In this document: in pieces, positions 1 to 9,447 of the stretch
How the letters are laid out: every line of letters begins with the position of its first letter
Position numbering within the stretch: position 1 is the first letter of the stretch
Origin: a virus
Taxonomy: Duplodnaviria > Caudoviricetes
Length of the DNA stretch: 24,292 bases
Direction: 5' to 3' (one strand)
Virus record (IMG/VR): IMGVR_UViG_3300037440_000377
Coordinates: 1-24,292 of that record
Position numbers and translations under genes: made by a program
The notes under the pieces: generated by a model
Told to the model about the DNA's origin: nothing
The model's input: only the letters and a program-made list of their open reading frames with translations
The model's database searches: none

Positions 1-33
1 GTCTTTGTTTGTTCAACCGAAAAGGGGGGCCTC

Positions 34-291
34 GTGACCCATTTGGGGGCTTTGAACGCTCAGCTTTTGGTGTTGGGCCAGTCGGATTCGACCGCCGCGG
101 AGGTTTCTTTGGCTCGTGGGCTCGCCGCCCTGCTGGATTCGGCTCCTGAAACGGAGTGGGTTTGGCGGGAGTACCGATTTGCTTTGAGGGGTTTGAGGGA
201 GGTTCTTGATGGCGGTGTCGATGACGAGCTTAAAGAGCTTTCCGAACGGTTGGGCCGAGCCCCTGTACGCGACGGTGCCGACTCCGGGTAG
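34..291 (+). CDS. Putative terminase small subunit
   Basis: 85 aa helical protein overlapping the terL start; purine-rich RBS (aaagggggg) before GTG; LARGLAALLD...DELKELSERL pattern resembles actinophage TerS. Confidence 0.65.
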   Translation: MTHLGALNAQLLVLGQSDSTAAEVSLARGLAALLDSAPETEWVWREYRFALRGLREVLDGGVDDELKELSERLGRAPVRDGADSG

Positions 292-1627
292 GGATTCGTT
301 GGGTTGGCGTCTGGCGAACGTCGCCGAGGAGCTGGGGACTCCGTTGATGGGTTGGCAGCGGTACGTCGCCGATGTCGGTCTTGAGGTCGATCCGGTAACT
401 GGCCGGTTGGCTTACAAGGAGATTGTTGTTTCTGTGATGAGACAGAACGGCAAGACGACTCTGGTGTTGGCCGCGGAGCTCGCGAGGTGTTTGTTGTGGG
501 GGTCGGAGCAGAGGGTTGCGTATACGGCGCAGACAGGGAAGGACGCTCGAGCGAAGTTCAAGGATGACCATTTGCCACTGCTGGCGAAGTCGGGTTTGAA
601 CCGGTTCGTGAAACGGCCTTACCTCTCTGACGGGAACACGGCTCTGTTGTGGAAGAACGGTTCTCGTATCAGCGTGTTGGACAACACTCCTTCCGCCGGG
701 CATGGAAAAACGTTGGACCTTGCGGTTATCGACGAGGCGTTCGCTGACCAGGATAACGCCAGGGAGCAGGCGTTGTTGCCGACGATGGCGACCCGGCTGG
801 ATCCGCAGATTTGGAATGTGTCGACGGCTGGGACTCCGGCGTCCACCTACCTGTACCGCAAGGTCGAGACGGGGCGCGCGGCTGTTAGGGCGGGCAGGAG
901 CATCGGGGTTGCTTACTTCGAGTGGGCCATCCCCGAAGATGAGGACGTGGACGACCCCGCGGTGTGGGCTAACCGGATGCCTGCCTATGGGTTGACCATC
1001 CACGAGGACTACATCCACCACGCCCGGCAGACAATGACTGACGGGGATTTCCGGAGGGCGATCGGCAACCAATGGACGGAGACCGAAGACCGTGTGATAC
1101 CGGGTGAATGGTGGCGTGCCGTTGCCGCCAACGATGTGAAGGCGGAGAAGCCTGGTGTGGTTGCGATTGACGCTAGGGCCGATCGTTCTAGAGCTGTGAT
1201 CGTTCGCGCTGACGCTAACCGCAACATTCAACGTGTCGCTGTCCGGCCGGGGGTCAACTGGCTGGTCGGCGAGTTTTTAGAGCACATCCCGAAGTCTGCT
1301 CCTATTGCCGTTGCGAAGAACGGTCCCGTATCTGGAATTGCCGACGACCTGGAGGTAGCGGGGTACACGCAGATCGAACGGTTAGACGGGTTGAGTGTCC
1401 GGAAGGCGTGTACCCGGTTCTACGACGATATAGCCGACAACAAACTTCGGGTTCGGGGAGACGATTTCTTTGACTTGGCCGTCAAGTCTGCGGTGAAGAG
1501 ACAGTCTGAGGATTCGTGGGTTTGGCATCGGGACGCTATCGGAGGTGATCTTCTGATGGCTGCTTCTATCGCCTACGCCCAGGCTGTCACAGACGACATC
1601 TGGGAACCTTTGACATCGTGGGCTTGA
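209..1627 (+). CDS. terL: Terminase large subunit
   Basis: Walker A VMRQNGKT, Walker B LAVIDEA, motif III STAG, C-terminal nuclease motifs VAIDA and GDLLMAASIA; GGAGG RBS just before ATG 209. Confidence 0.96.
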   Translation: MAVSMTSLKSFPNGWAEPLYATVPTPGRDSLGWRLANVAEELGTPLMGWQRYVADVGLEVDPVTGRLAYKEIVVSVMRQNGKTTLVLAAELARCLLWGSEQRVAYTAQTGKDARAKFKDDHLPLLAKSGLNRFVKRPYLSDGNTALLWKNGSRISVLDNTPSAGHGKTLDLAVIDEAFADQDNAREQALLPTMATRLDPQIWNVSTAGTPASTYLYRKVETGRAAVRAGRSIGVAYFEWAIPEDEDVDDPAVWANRMPAYGLTIHEDYIHHARQTMTDGDFRRAIGNQWTETEDRVIPGEWWRAVAANDVKAEKPGVVAIDARADRSRAVIVRADANRNIQRVAVRPGVNWLVGEFLEHIPKSAPIAVAKNGPVSGIADDLEVAGYTQIERLDGLSVRKACTRFYDDIADNKLRVRGDDFFDLAVKSAVKRQSEDSWVWHRDAIGGDLLMAASIAYAQAVTDDIWEPLTSWA

Positions 1628-1764
1628 AGCTCGCCGTCTACCTCATCATCACGGCGATCGTTGGCCTGTCGGTTGGAGTTGGGTTATACGACTACCGGGC
1701 CGGAATCATCTGCTTCTTCCTCATCTCCGGCGGGGTCGGGTTATGGCATCTCTCACAGGAGTAA
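1618..1764 (+). CDS. Small two-TM membrane protein between terL and portal (48 aa, absent from ORF track)
   Basis: GTG 1618 to TAA 1764: MGLKLAVYLIITAIVGLSVGVGLYDYRAGIICFFLISGGVGLWHLSQE; overlaps terL stop and fills the gap to the portal start. Confidence 0.7.
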   Translation: MGLKLAVYLIITAIVGLSVGVGLYDYRAGIICFFLISGGVGLWHLSQE

Positions 1765-1767
1765 AAA

Positions 1768-3156
1768 TTGGATCTTCTCACTGCTCTTGTCGGAGCCGAA
1801 TCGCGTAGCGACCCGCTCTTCCCCGAACCGTTCTGGTACCAGTTCGGATACCCGATTTACGGGCTGAACCAGACCCTCAAGGGGGATAAGGAACCGGTTC
1901 CCGACTCGTTCGAAGGGTACGTAAACCACGGGTTTAAGGCCTCGTCTCCCGTTTTCGCCTGCGAACTGGTCCGTATCTCCGTGTTTTCGGAGGCCCGGTT
2001 CATGTATCGGGAACTCAACAGGGGGAATCCGGGCGACCTGTTTTCATCCCCGTCACTGAACGTCTTACGTCGGCCTTGGAAAGGCGCGACAACTGGCGAT
2101 CTTCTTTCGCGAGCCCTGCTCCACGCCGACTTCGCCGGTAATGCCTTCATAGTGAACCTGGGGTCAAGGATGAAGCTTCTCCGTCCGGACTGGGTGGACA
2201 TAGTCCTTGGGGCGGATTCGGACAGCATCGACGAAGTTGACAATCCCGAAGCGGACGTAATCGGGTACATATATCATCCAGGTGGGCGTAACAGTTCGAA
2301 CGACCCGATTCCGTATTTGGTTTCCGATGTAGCGCACTTCGCGCCTATTCCCGACCCGATCGCCTCGTACAGAGGGATGTCGTGGTTGACCCCCGCTGTT
2401 CGTGAGGTTGCAGGGGACAAGCAGGCGACCCTCCACAAAAACAAGTTCTACGAGAACGGCGCCACTCCGAACATGGTCATTAAGGGCCAGTGGCAGGAAC
2501 CGGAACTGTTGAGGAAGTGGACGACCCTGTTCCGCGACCAGCACGAAGGCGAAGCAAACGCCTATAAAAGCCTCGTCTTGGGTGCGGGGATGGACGCCAC
2601 CGTTGTCGGCCGGGATTTTCAGCAGCTCGACTTCAAGGCTGTCCAGGGCGCTTCTGAAACCCGGATTGCTGCCGATTCCGGCGTGGGGGCCGTTATAGCC
2701 CAATTGTCGGAGGGTTTGCAGGGTTCCGCGCTGAACTCGGGCAACTATCAAGCTAATCGCCGGTTGGTCGCCGATAAGACATTTAGGCCGTTGTGGCGGT
2801 CGTTTTGCGGCAGTCTTGAGCCGATTATCACAGTTCCTCGTAATTCTGAGCTTTGGTATGACGCCCGCGACATTTCCTTCCTTCAAGAAGACCAGAAGGA
2901 CGCCGCGGACATTCAGGGTGTACGGGCGACCACTTACCGCACCCTGCTCGACGCCGGCGCAACTCCGGAATCAGTGAAAAAGGCCGTGGTCGCGGACGAC
3001 TTCGCCCTGTTGGAACATTCCGGTCTGTTCTCAGTCCAACTTCAACCACCTGGTTCGAGTTTGAACCCGCCGGTTGATGTACCGCCCGAAGCTGTTTCGG
3101 CTCTCCTCGCTGCCGGTTGGAGGATTGTCGTCAAACCAGGAGAAACACATGAGTGA
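1768..3156 (+). CDS. Phage portal protein (HK97 family)
   Basis: TTG start after CAGGAG; motifs GNAFI, LLRPDWV, VAHF..PDP...YRGMSWL, FYENGATP, VLGAGMD; position after terL. Confidence 0.95.
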   Translation: MDLLTALVGAESRSDPLFPEPFWYQFGYPIYGLNQTLKGDKEPVPDSFEGYVNHGFKASSPVFACELVRISVFSEARFMYRELNRGNPGDLFSSPSLNVLRRPWKGATTGDLLSRALLHADFAGNAFIVNLGSRMKLLRPDWVDIVLGADSDSIDEVDNPEADVIGYIYHPGGRNSSNDPIPYLVSDVAHFAPIPDPIASYRGMSWLTPAVREVAGDKQATLHKNKFYENGATPNMVIKGQWQEPELLRKWTTLFRDQHEGEANAYKSLVLGAGMDATVVGRDFQQLDFKAVQGASETRIAADSGVGAVIAQLSEGLQGSALNSGNYQANRRLVADKTFRPLWRSFCGSLEPIITVPRNSELWYDARDISFLQEDQKDAADIQGVRATTYRTLLDAGATPESVKKAVVADDFALLEHSGLFSVQLQPPGSSLNPPVDVPPEAVSALLAAGWRIVVKPGETHE

Positions 3157-3838
3157 ACGCATTTCGCGGAGCTTCGATTTCGAAGTCCGCAACATCGATT
3201 CCGACGACGACGGACTAACCCTTGAAGGGTACGCCGCCGTGTTCGACATACCCACGCCCATCCACGACCGGTTAGGCGAGTACGACGAAACGGTTGCGCG
3301 TGGTGCGTTCACCAAAACTATTTCGGAGCGGACGCCAGTCCTCCAGTTCGACCACGGCACCCACCCGATGATCGGGTCCATCCCTCTCGGCTCCATCAGG
3401 AAAATACAAGAGGACGACCAGGGGCTGTTTGTCCGCGCTCGCCTGTCGGACAACTGGCTTGTCCAACCCGTCCGGGAAGCCATCCAGGAAGGAAGCATCC
3501 GAGGCATGAGCTTCCAATTCGCGGTACTCCGCGACAAATGGAACACCGACAAGACCGCCCGGACCATCCACGAAGTCAAACTTTACGAGTTGGGTCCCGT
3601 TGTGTTCCCCGCCTACGAACAGACCTCGGTTGGTGTTCGTAGCGAACTTTCCAATCTTCTGAGCTGTGAGAATCTGCGCGTGGATTTGGCGCGGGCGCTC
3701 ACATTCCCAGACGTGCTTGAGGACGCCGCATCCCGCACCTCCGCAGAGCACACCGACACGCCGCCCGTTGTGGCACCTGTCGAAAACAAAGCCCGTTTCC
3801 TCGCTGCTCGCGGGGTGCTGGCCGAACCTTTCCTTTAG
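3149..3838 (+). CDS. HK97-family prohead (capsid maturation) protease
   Basis: LEGYAAVFD, E.VARGAF, LQFDHG, GMSFQF, LYELGPVVFPAY motifs; AGGAGA RBS before ATG 3149 (preferred over ORF-track start 3074). Confidence 0.95.
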   Translation: MSERISRSFDFEVRNIDSDDDGLTLEGYAAVFDIPTPIHDRLGEYDETVARGAFTKTISERTPVLQFDHGTHPMIGSIPLGSIRKIQEDDQGLFVRARLSDNWLVQPVREAIQEGSIRGMSFQFAVLRDKWNTDKTARTIHEVKLYELGPVVFPAYEQTSVGVRSELSNLLSCENLRVDLARALTFPDVLEDAASRTSAEHTDTPPVVAPVENKARFLAARGVLAEPFL

Positions 3839-3847
3839 GAGTCTTTT

Positions 3848-5266
3848 ATGAGCAAATATCATGACAGGCTTCAAGCTGTTAAGGACGAGCTCGAGACGTT
3901 GCGTAGTGAACTGATTGAACTGCGCGACGCCGAAGAGCTTTCCGAAGAGCAAGAAGCCCGGTTCTCTGAACTCACCAGCGAGGAAGAGAACCCGATTACC
4001 GCGTTGAAGGCCGAGGCCGAAGACCTCCAGTCTCGCATCCGCGTCCTCGACGCCGGTACCGAAGAGTCGAACATTGAGATCGGCGAGGACAGGTCTGTTC
4101 ATTTCATGAAGCAGACCAACACCGACATCGACGTTCGCACCGCTTCGCGTGGTGAAGTTCGCGACGCCGCTTTGAAGGTGCTCGAAACCGAGCACCAGTC
4201 GCAGACCGTTCCGCTCGCGGACGACGCTGCGGTACGGATAGAGAAGCTGATCAAAACCCGGAACGGCGACCTCGACGGCGATGTTATCGCCAAGAGGCTG
4301 CTCGTCACCGAGCGTCCCGCTTACCGGAGCGCATGGTTGAAGGGTGTCACTCAGTTGTCGCCGGCGTTCGAACCTGAAGAGGTTCGGGCTCTCAACGAGT
4401 TCCGTGCCACAGAACAGTCGCTGACATCAGCGTCTGGTGGTTACGGCGTCCCGGTCATTATCGACCCGACCATCATCCTCACCTCTGGTGCGGAAGTTGC
4501 CCCGCTCCTGAATGTGTCTCGTATCGAAACGATCACGAACAACATTTGGAAGGGTGTCAGCTCCAACGGTGTGGTGTTCACGGGTACTGCGGAGGCTGTT
4601 GCTGCTACCGCTACTCAGGCGACGTTGGCCCAACCGACGATCACCCCTGAGAAGACGATGGCGTACATCCCCTATTCGTTCGAGATCGGTGGGGACTACC
4701 CCGGGTTCGCTTCGGAGATGCAGGCCCTGATCGAACAGGCCTACGTCGACTACCTCGCCGTTGAGACCGCTACCGGCTCTGCCGGTGTTGTCGGTATCTT
4801 CACGGCGATCGACGCCACATCCGGTTCTGAGGTGACTCCGACCACGGACGGTGCCCTCGGCCCGGTGGACGCCCTCAAAGTGTTCAAAGCGCTCCCCGAG
4901 CGTCATAGGCCACGTTCGACGTGGTTCATGGACATCAGCGTTGAGTCAGAACTTCGGACCGGTTCGGATGGTTATGCAACCACGGATCTGACAACCGAAG
5001 GGGTTGGCCCGCTGCTTGGCAAGCGTGTCCTCCTTTCTGACTACGCCCCGAGCTTCACCGGTACGACCGGTGCGAGCAACCTGGCGATTGTCGGGAACTT
5101 CAACCGGTACGTCATCGCGCAGCGCGTGGGCATGAACGTTGAGCTCATCCCCAATGTGGTGGATGGTTCCGGAGTTCCCACGGGACAACGGGCCTGGCTG
5201 GCCTGGGCCAGAGTGGGCGCCGACTCAGTCGATGACGACGCCTTCCGACTTCTTCAGAACCAGTAA
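3848..5266 (+). CDS. Major capsid protein (HK97 fold, N-terminal coiled-coil delta domain)
   Basis: Glu/Leu-rich helical N-terminus; GGYGVP, LLGKRV, IVGNF..YVI, RVGA motifs; AGGAG RBS; follows protease. Confidence 0.95.
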   Translation: MSKYHDRLQAVKDELETLRSELIELRDAEELSEEQEARFSELTSEEENPITALKAEAEDLQSRIRVLDAGTEESNIEIGEDRSVHFMKQTNTDIDVRTASRGEVRDAALKVLETEHQSQTVPLADDAAVRIEKLIKTRNGDLDGDVIAKRLLVTERPAYRSAWLKGVTQLSPAFEPEEVRALNEFRATEQSLTSASGGYGVPVIIDPTIILTSGAEVAPLLNVSRIETITNNIWKGVSSNGVVFTGTAEAVAATATQATLAQPTITPEKTMAYIPYSFEIGGDYPGFASEMQALIEQAYVDYLAVETATGSAGVVGIFTAIDATSGSEVTPTTDGALGPVDALKVFKALPERHRPRSTWFMDISVESELRTGSDGYATTDLTTEGVGPLLGKRVLLSDYAPSFTGTTGASNLAIVGNFNRYVIAQRVGMNVELIPNVVDGSGVPTGQRAWLAWARVGADSVDDDAFRLLQNQ

Positions 5267-5283
5267 GGGCTGAAGACCTAACT

Positions 5284-5320
5284 GTGAACAGGGGTGCCCG
5301 ACGGTCGCCCCTGTTCACTT
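5284..5320 (+). terminator. Stem-loop after capsid gene (terminator/attenuator or mRNA stabiliser)
   Basis: gtgaacagggg (5284-5294) is the perfect reverse complement of cccctgttcac (5308-5318); only a short T tail follows. Confidence 0.65.
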
Positions 5321-5349
5321 AAACCGTCAACCACCGTCTAGGAGCAACT

Positions 5350-5568
5350 GTGAACATTGTTTATGCGAAATCGGATTCGTCTGTCGGTTTGAACGGCCTG
5401 ATCTTCAGGTTGCGAACGGGCGAAGCGTGGGACGCTGACGACCCGCTCGTGAAACAGCACCCGGAGTGTTTCCAAGACCACCCGCCGTTCGCCCGCACTT
5501 CGCAGGGGATTGAGCGGGTGGAGCAGGCAACAGCTGCTCCCGGCGAAAAGCGTAAGAGTGGCCGCTAA
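5350..5568 (+). CDS. Small post-capsid protein (72 aa)
   Basis: AGGAG RBS + GTG; DDPLVKQHPECF and C-terminal EQATAAPGEKR, a pattern I recognise from small genes following actinophage capsid genes. Confidence 0.8.
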   Translation: MNIVYAKSDSSVGLNGLIFRLRTGEAWDADDPLVKQHPECFQDHPPFARTSQGIERVEQATAAPGEKRKSGR

Positions 5569-5779
5569 CGACGTTGGCGGGGTTGAGTTGTCCAGTTTGA
5601 CGGCAGGTGAGTGCTCCCCCGCGGACGCGCTGAATGTCTTTGAGATTCCAACGGATGGGATCTTTGAGATTGAGTTTGAATCGCCATGCGGCACATGTGG
5701 TCACCCCAAGGTGACGCCCGTATCCGGAGGCGTTGCCGCCTCTGGCACCTACCGGATCTCAGCAGTAGACGATGCCTAA
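5558..5779 (+). CDS. Hypothetical protein with CxxC (73 aa)
   Basis: GTG 5558 overlaps the previous stop and the ORF ends overlapping the GT start; acidic, contains CGTCGH. Confidence 0.55.
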   Translation: MAANDVGGVELSSLTAGECSPADALNVFEIPTDGIFEIEFESPCGTCGHPKVTPVSGGVAASGTYRISAVDDA

Positions 5780-7145
5780 CGACGTCTTTGTCGGTTACCT
5801 CCACCCCAACAAACTTTCAGCATCCTTCCACCAATCAATGTTCCAACTCATCCAATACGACGGTTCGACCAACCGCCGACTGGCGAACTGGGCGAACATC
5901 CGCACTTCGGGATACTCCATCCCCGAGGGCAGGAACGAACTGTTCGAAGGGTTTCTCCGCACCGACGCACAATGGATTCTGGTTGTCGACGCTGACATGG
6001 GTTTCCAACCCGACGCGTTAGACCAACTTCTCGCGTCGGCGGACAAGGTGGAGCGTCCAGTCGTTGGAGGGTTGTGTTTTGCCTACCGGGATTCCGGGTC
6101 AGATGGGTACGGCGGGTTCCGCTCCTATCCCCTCCCGACAATCTACGACTGGGTGACCCATCCGGACGGCAAGAACAGAATGACCGGTCGGAAACACTAC
6201 CCGGTCAACGCCCTGGTCCGCTGTGCGGGTACCGGAGCAGCCCTTGTCCTGATTCACCGCTCCGCTGTCGAAGCGGTAAAAGAGAAGTACGGGACGTGGT
6301 TTGACCGCATCCCAGGACCTGACGGGTTGTTGGGTGAGGATATCAGTTTCTGCTACCGGTTGGGCGCTTTGGACATCCCGGTATTTGTGAACACTGCCGT
6401 GAGGACAACCCATCACAAAAACATTTGGGTCTCCGAACCCGACTTTTGGATGGACCTCCAAGCCCCTCCCGCGACGGACCGGGTGGACGTGGTTGTGCCG
6501 ACCGTGAAAGAACGGTACGAACATTTAGAACCGCTGTACCGGAGCTTGAAAGCCTCCACCGGCCTAGCTAGATGCTGGTTCATCGTTGACGACGACGAAA
6601 CCACTGAACGGGTCGAAACCCTCGAGGAGATGGGCGCGGTTGTAATCCGGGAGTCGGGCTTGTTTCCGCACAAACTGAACGTGTGGTGGGACTCACGTCA
6701 AGATTTACCAGACGAACCGGAGTGGGTTCAGGTGACCGGCGACGACTGCCGGTTCCACCCCAACTGGTTCAACCAAGCCATGTTCATCGCCGACAAGTAC
6801 GGGGCGAAAGTGATCGCCACAAACGACTTAGCCAACCCGCGTGTCACTCGAGGGGAGCACGCAACGCACCCGCTCATCAACCGGGGATACATCGAATCCG
6901 AAGGATCTTCGTGGGGCGGGCCGGGAGTGTTCTGCCACGAAGGGTATTCCCACAACTTCGTTGACGACGAGATTGTGACCGCGGCGAAACAGCGTGGAGT
7001 GTTCCAGGCTGCGCTCGGGTCGATAGTCGAACACCTGCATCCGATCAACGAAGGTCGATCGGCCGACAAAACAGACGAGAAGAACTTTTCGACCTTTCAG
7101 GCTGATGGGAAACTGTTCCGCACCCGACTCCACAAATACTCGTGA
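5772..7145 (+). CDS. Glycosyltransferase with two tandem GT-A (GT2-like) domains
   Basis: Domain 1: GRNEL, WILVVDADM (DxD), GTGAALVLIHR, GEDISFCYR. Domain 2: VDVVVPT, VTGDDC, HNFVDDE, VEHLHP. Confidence 0.88.
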   Translation: MPNDVFVGYLHPNKLSASFHQSMFQLIQYDGSTNRRLANWANIRTSGYSIPEGRNELFEGFLRTDAQWILVVDADMGFQPDALDQLLASADKVERPVVGGLCFAYRDSGSDGYGGFRSYPLPTIYDWVTHPDGKNRMTGRKHYPVNALVRCAGTGAALVLIHRSAVEAVKEKYGTWFDRIPGPDGLLGEDISFCYRLGALDIPVFVNTAVRTTHHKNIWVSEPDFWMDLQAPPATDRVDVVVPTVKERYEHLEPLYRSLKASTGLARCWFIVDDDETTERVETLEEMGAVVIRESGLFPHKLNVWWDSRQDLPDEPEWVQVTGDDCRFHPNWFNQAMFIADKYGAKVIATNDLANPRVTRGEHATHPLINRGYIESEGSSWGGPGVFCHEGYSHNFVDDEIVTAAKQRGVFQAALGSIVEHLHPINEGRSADKTDEKNFSTFQADGKLFRTRLHKYS

Positions 7146-7675
7146 GCTTCGAAAACTGGCCGTCGGCGGGCGTCAGGTGGAAGGGTGTCGACGTACTGAA
7201 ACAGCCCGTTGACCTGATACTCCAACAGGAGATCATTTGGGATACGAAACCGGATGTGCTGGTCGAAACCGGGTCGAAGTACGGCGGGTCGGCCTGTTTC
7301 TACGCCGACCTTGGGGTGGAGGTCCACAGCGTTGACGTGGCCCCACCAAAAACCCCGCAGGCCCATCCGCTGGTCACCTACTACCGAGGGTATTCGACGA
7401 ACCCGACAGTCCTCTACCACATCGGTCGGGCGTGTGAAGGTAGGAGGGTGATGGTGGTCCTCGATTCCGACCACTCCCGGGAAACGGTGTTGGACGAACT
7501 CGGGTTGTACGCACCGCTCGTCTCCGAAGGGTGTTACCTGGTTGTTGAAGACACGGCGTTGGGTGGCCCTCAAGAGGCTTTGGCTGAATGGCTACCGGGA
7601 CAACCGTTCCGAGTCGACACGTCAATCTCGGCGTCCGTTGAACACCAGGGGGGGTATCTGATCCGATGGAGTTAA
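7142..7675 (+). CDS. CmcI/cephalosporin-hydroxylase-family SAM-dependent (sugar O-)methyltransferase
   Basis: WKGV..LK.P.DL...QEII...KPDVLVETG...GGSA, VMVVLDSDH, L.LYAPLVS.GCYLVVEDT signature; GTGA overlap with upstream GT. Confidence 0.9.
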   Translation: MSFENWPSAGVRWKGVDVLKQPVDLILQQEIIWDTKPDVLVETGSKYGGSACFYADLGVEVHSVDVAPPKTPQAHPLVTYYRGYSTNPTVLYHIGRACEGRRVMVVLDSDHSRETVLDELGLYAPLVSEGCYLVVEDTALGGPQEALAEWLPGQPFRVDTSISASVEHQGGYLIRWS

Positions 7676-8223
7676 CAGTCGTAATCACAACCATCCCCGA
7701 ACGACGGCAGCTTCTTGGCCGGTGCCTGTGGTATCTGGAACATCAGGGCCGTCGCGACTTCCATGTGATTATTGCTCACGGGAAGAAGCGGGGTAAGGGC
7801 GACAAGCTCAACCTTGCCTTCTCTTTGGTTGAAACACCGTATGTGATGGTGTTGGACGACGACGATTGGCTGTCGGAACGGCACATGTCGAGTGTCCTTC
7901 CAGTGTTGGGCGACCACGATTTTGTAGGGTATGACGCCGCGCAGATGGTGCTCGGCCGGTTCGCCACAATCATTCCACAGGAAACCGCTTCCCACATCTG
8001 CCCGATCCGCACCGACCTAGCGAAACAGGTTGTGTTCGGCAACGAATACCTGTCGGACATTATTTGGACGAAGAAGGTTGCTCCGCTGGTCGAAACCGAA
8101 ACGTACGTTGACGACCAGCTCTACTACTACGACAAGTGGAACCCGCCGCACCATACCGGCTGGTCACCTTCCCGTGCCGTCGGCTACTGGCCGCACGACC
8201 AAACCCGGTACCAGTGGATATGA
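7666..8223 (+). CDS. GT2-family glycosyltransferase
   Basis: LTVVITTIPER, KGDKLN, YVMVLDDDD (DxD), D..W and LYYY motifs. Confidence 0.85.
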   Translation: MELTVVITTIPERRQLLGRCLWYLEHQGRRDFHVIIAHGKKRGKGDKLNLAFSLVETPYVMVLDDDDWLSERHMSSVLPVLGDHDFVGYDAAQMVLGRFATIIPQETASHICPIRTDLAKQVVFGNEYLSDIIWTKKVAPLVETETYVDDQLYYYDKWNPPHHTGWSPSRAVGYWPHDQTRYQWI

Positions 8224-9224
8224 CCCATCTCGTTACCGGAGGTGGCGGGTTTATCGGCTCGCACCTCACTACCCGGCTTCTCGGTTTGGGTGAGGAAGTG
8301 GTTGTTATTGACGACCTGTCCGGCGGGTGGGTGGAGAACATCCCCCAAGGTGCAGGGTTCGTCGAAGCGGATTTGGTCACTGCAGATCTGGACGACCTGT
8401 TCGACACGTGGCAACCGTCGAGGGTGTGGCACTTGGCCGCGTACGCCGCGGAAGGGCTCAGCCATTGGGTGCGGGAACACAACGTCCTGAACAACTGGGT
8501 TGCGTCCACCCGACTCATCAACGCATCCATCCGGCACGACGTGGAACGGTTCGTGTTCACCTCCTCAATGGCTGTCTACGGCTCTCAGGAACCGCCGTTC
8601 ACCGAAGCGATGCGGCCGATGCCGGAAGACCCTTACGGCATAGCCAAGTTTTCGGTTGAACAGGACCTGGCTGCTGCGGGGGAAGTGTTCGGGTTGCCGT
8701 ACACCATTTTCCGGCCCCACAACGTGTACGGGCCGGGTCAGAACATCGGCGACCCTTACCGGAATGTGGTCGGCATTTTCATGCGTCAAGCCCTCATGGG
8801 TGCTCCGCTGACAGTGTTTGGCGACGGGGCTCAAACAAGAGCGTTCTCGTACATTTCCGACATTGTCGACCCGATGATCCGCCCCCCGGATGGGACGTTC
8901 AACATCGGCGGAGATCAGGTGGTCACCATTCTGCAACTGGCGGAAATGGTTCAAAGCCTGTTTCCCGGTTCTGTGATTGAACACCTGCCGGAACGGTACG
9001 AAGTGAAACATGCGTTCTGTGACCACACCGCCGCTCGAGAACAACTTGGGTTCCGTCCACGGGTCCGGTTCGAGGCCGGGTTGGAACGGATGGCCGAATG
9101 GGTGAGGGTTACCGGGGTGAAATGGTCCATCCCCCCGCGGGTGGAAGTCGAAACCGGGCTGCCGACGTTTTGGAGGTCACATGCACATTTGGCTTCCGAA
9201 ATCCGGTTACAAGAAGTCCGCTAA
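8220..9224 (+). CDS. NAD-dependent nucleotide-sugar epimerase/dehydratase (extended SDR, GalE-like)
   Basis: LVTGGGGFIGSHL Rossmann motif, HLAA, FTSSMAVYG, catalytic YGIAK, RPHNVYGP, GDG.QTRAFSYI.D; ATG 8220 couples to GT2 stop (ATGA). Confidence 0.95.
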   Translation: MTHLVTGGGGFIGSHLTTRLLGLGEEVVVIDDLSGGWVENIPQGAGFVEADLVTADLDDLFDTWQPSRVWHLAAYAAEGLSHWVREHNVLNNWVASTRLINASIRHDVERFVFTSSMAVYGSQEPPFTEAMRPMPEDPYGIAKFSVEQDLAAAGEVFGLPYTIFRPHNVYGPGQNIGDPYRNVVGIFMRQALMGAPLTVFGDGAQTRAFSYISDIVDPMIRPPDGTFNIGGDQVVTILQLAEMVQSLFPGSVIEHLPERYEVKHAFCDHTAAREQLGFRPRVRFEAGLERMAEWVRVTGVKWSIPPRVEVETGLPTFWRSHAHLASEIRLQEVR

Positions 9225-9447
9225 CCGTGTTGTGACCGGAGTTGCCCGAACCGGTGAAGTCTCACCGAAAGGCACGGTTGCACGTGTCGAGGATTGGGAT
9301 GGCCGTGTCGCCGCGGAGGCCAACCCTTCATCAATGCACTTCGCGTATTCGGTGAGCACCGGCGAACTCCGCCGGTTGACGTTTCAAGAAATGGTTGACC
9401 GTGGATATTTCATTCTCGGTTACGGCCCTAAAGGAGCCAAACGATGA
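9181..9447 (+). CDS. Hypothetical protein (88 aa)
   Basis: GGAGG RBS before ATG; overlaps epimerase 3' end and couples to next gene by ATGA. Confidence 0.7.
   Translation: MHIWLPKSGYKKSANRVVTGVARTGEVSPKGTVARVEDWDGRVAAEANPSSMHFAYSVSTGELRRLTFQEMVDRGYFILGYGPKGAKR

Noticed and set aside
8136-8219. Longer ORF-track starts for epimerase (8136), protease (3074), gp10-like (14966), holin (22078), Zn-ribbon (19642)
   Set aside because: Downstream starts have an RBS or stop-start coupling and match expected N-termini; most extensions overlap upstream genes.
5772-9224. Cassette as host-chromosome DNA or a DNA-modification system
   Set aside because: Seamlessly overlapped with phage genes on both sides; no base-hydroxylase or replication genes nearby. 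Disfavoured, not excluded.
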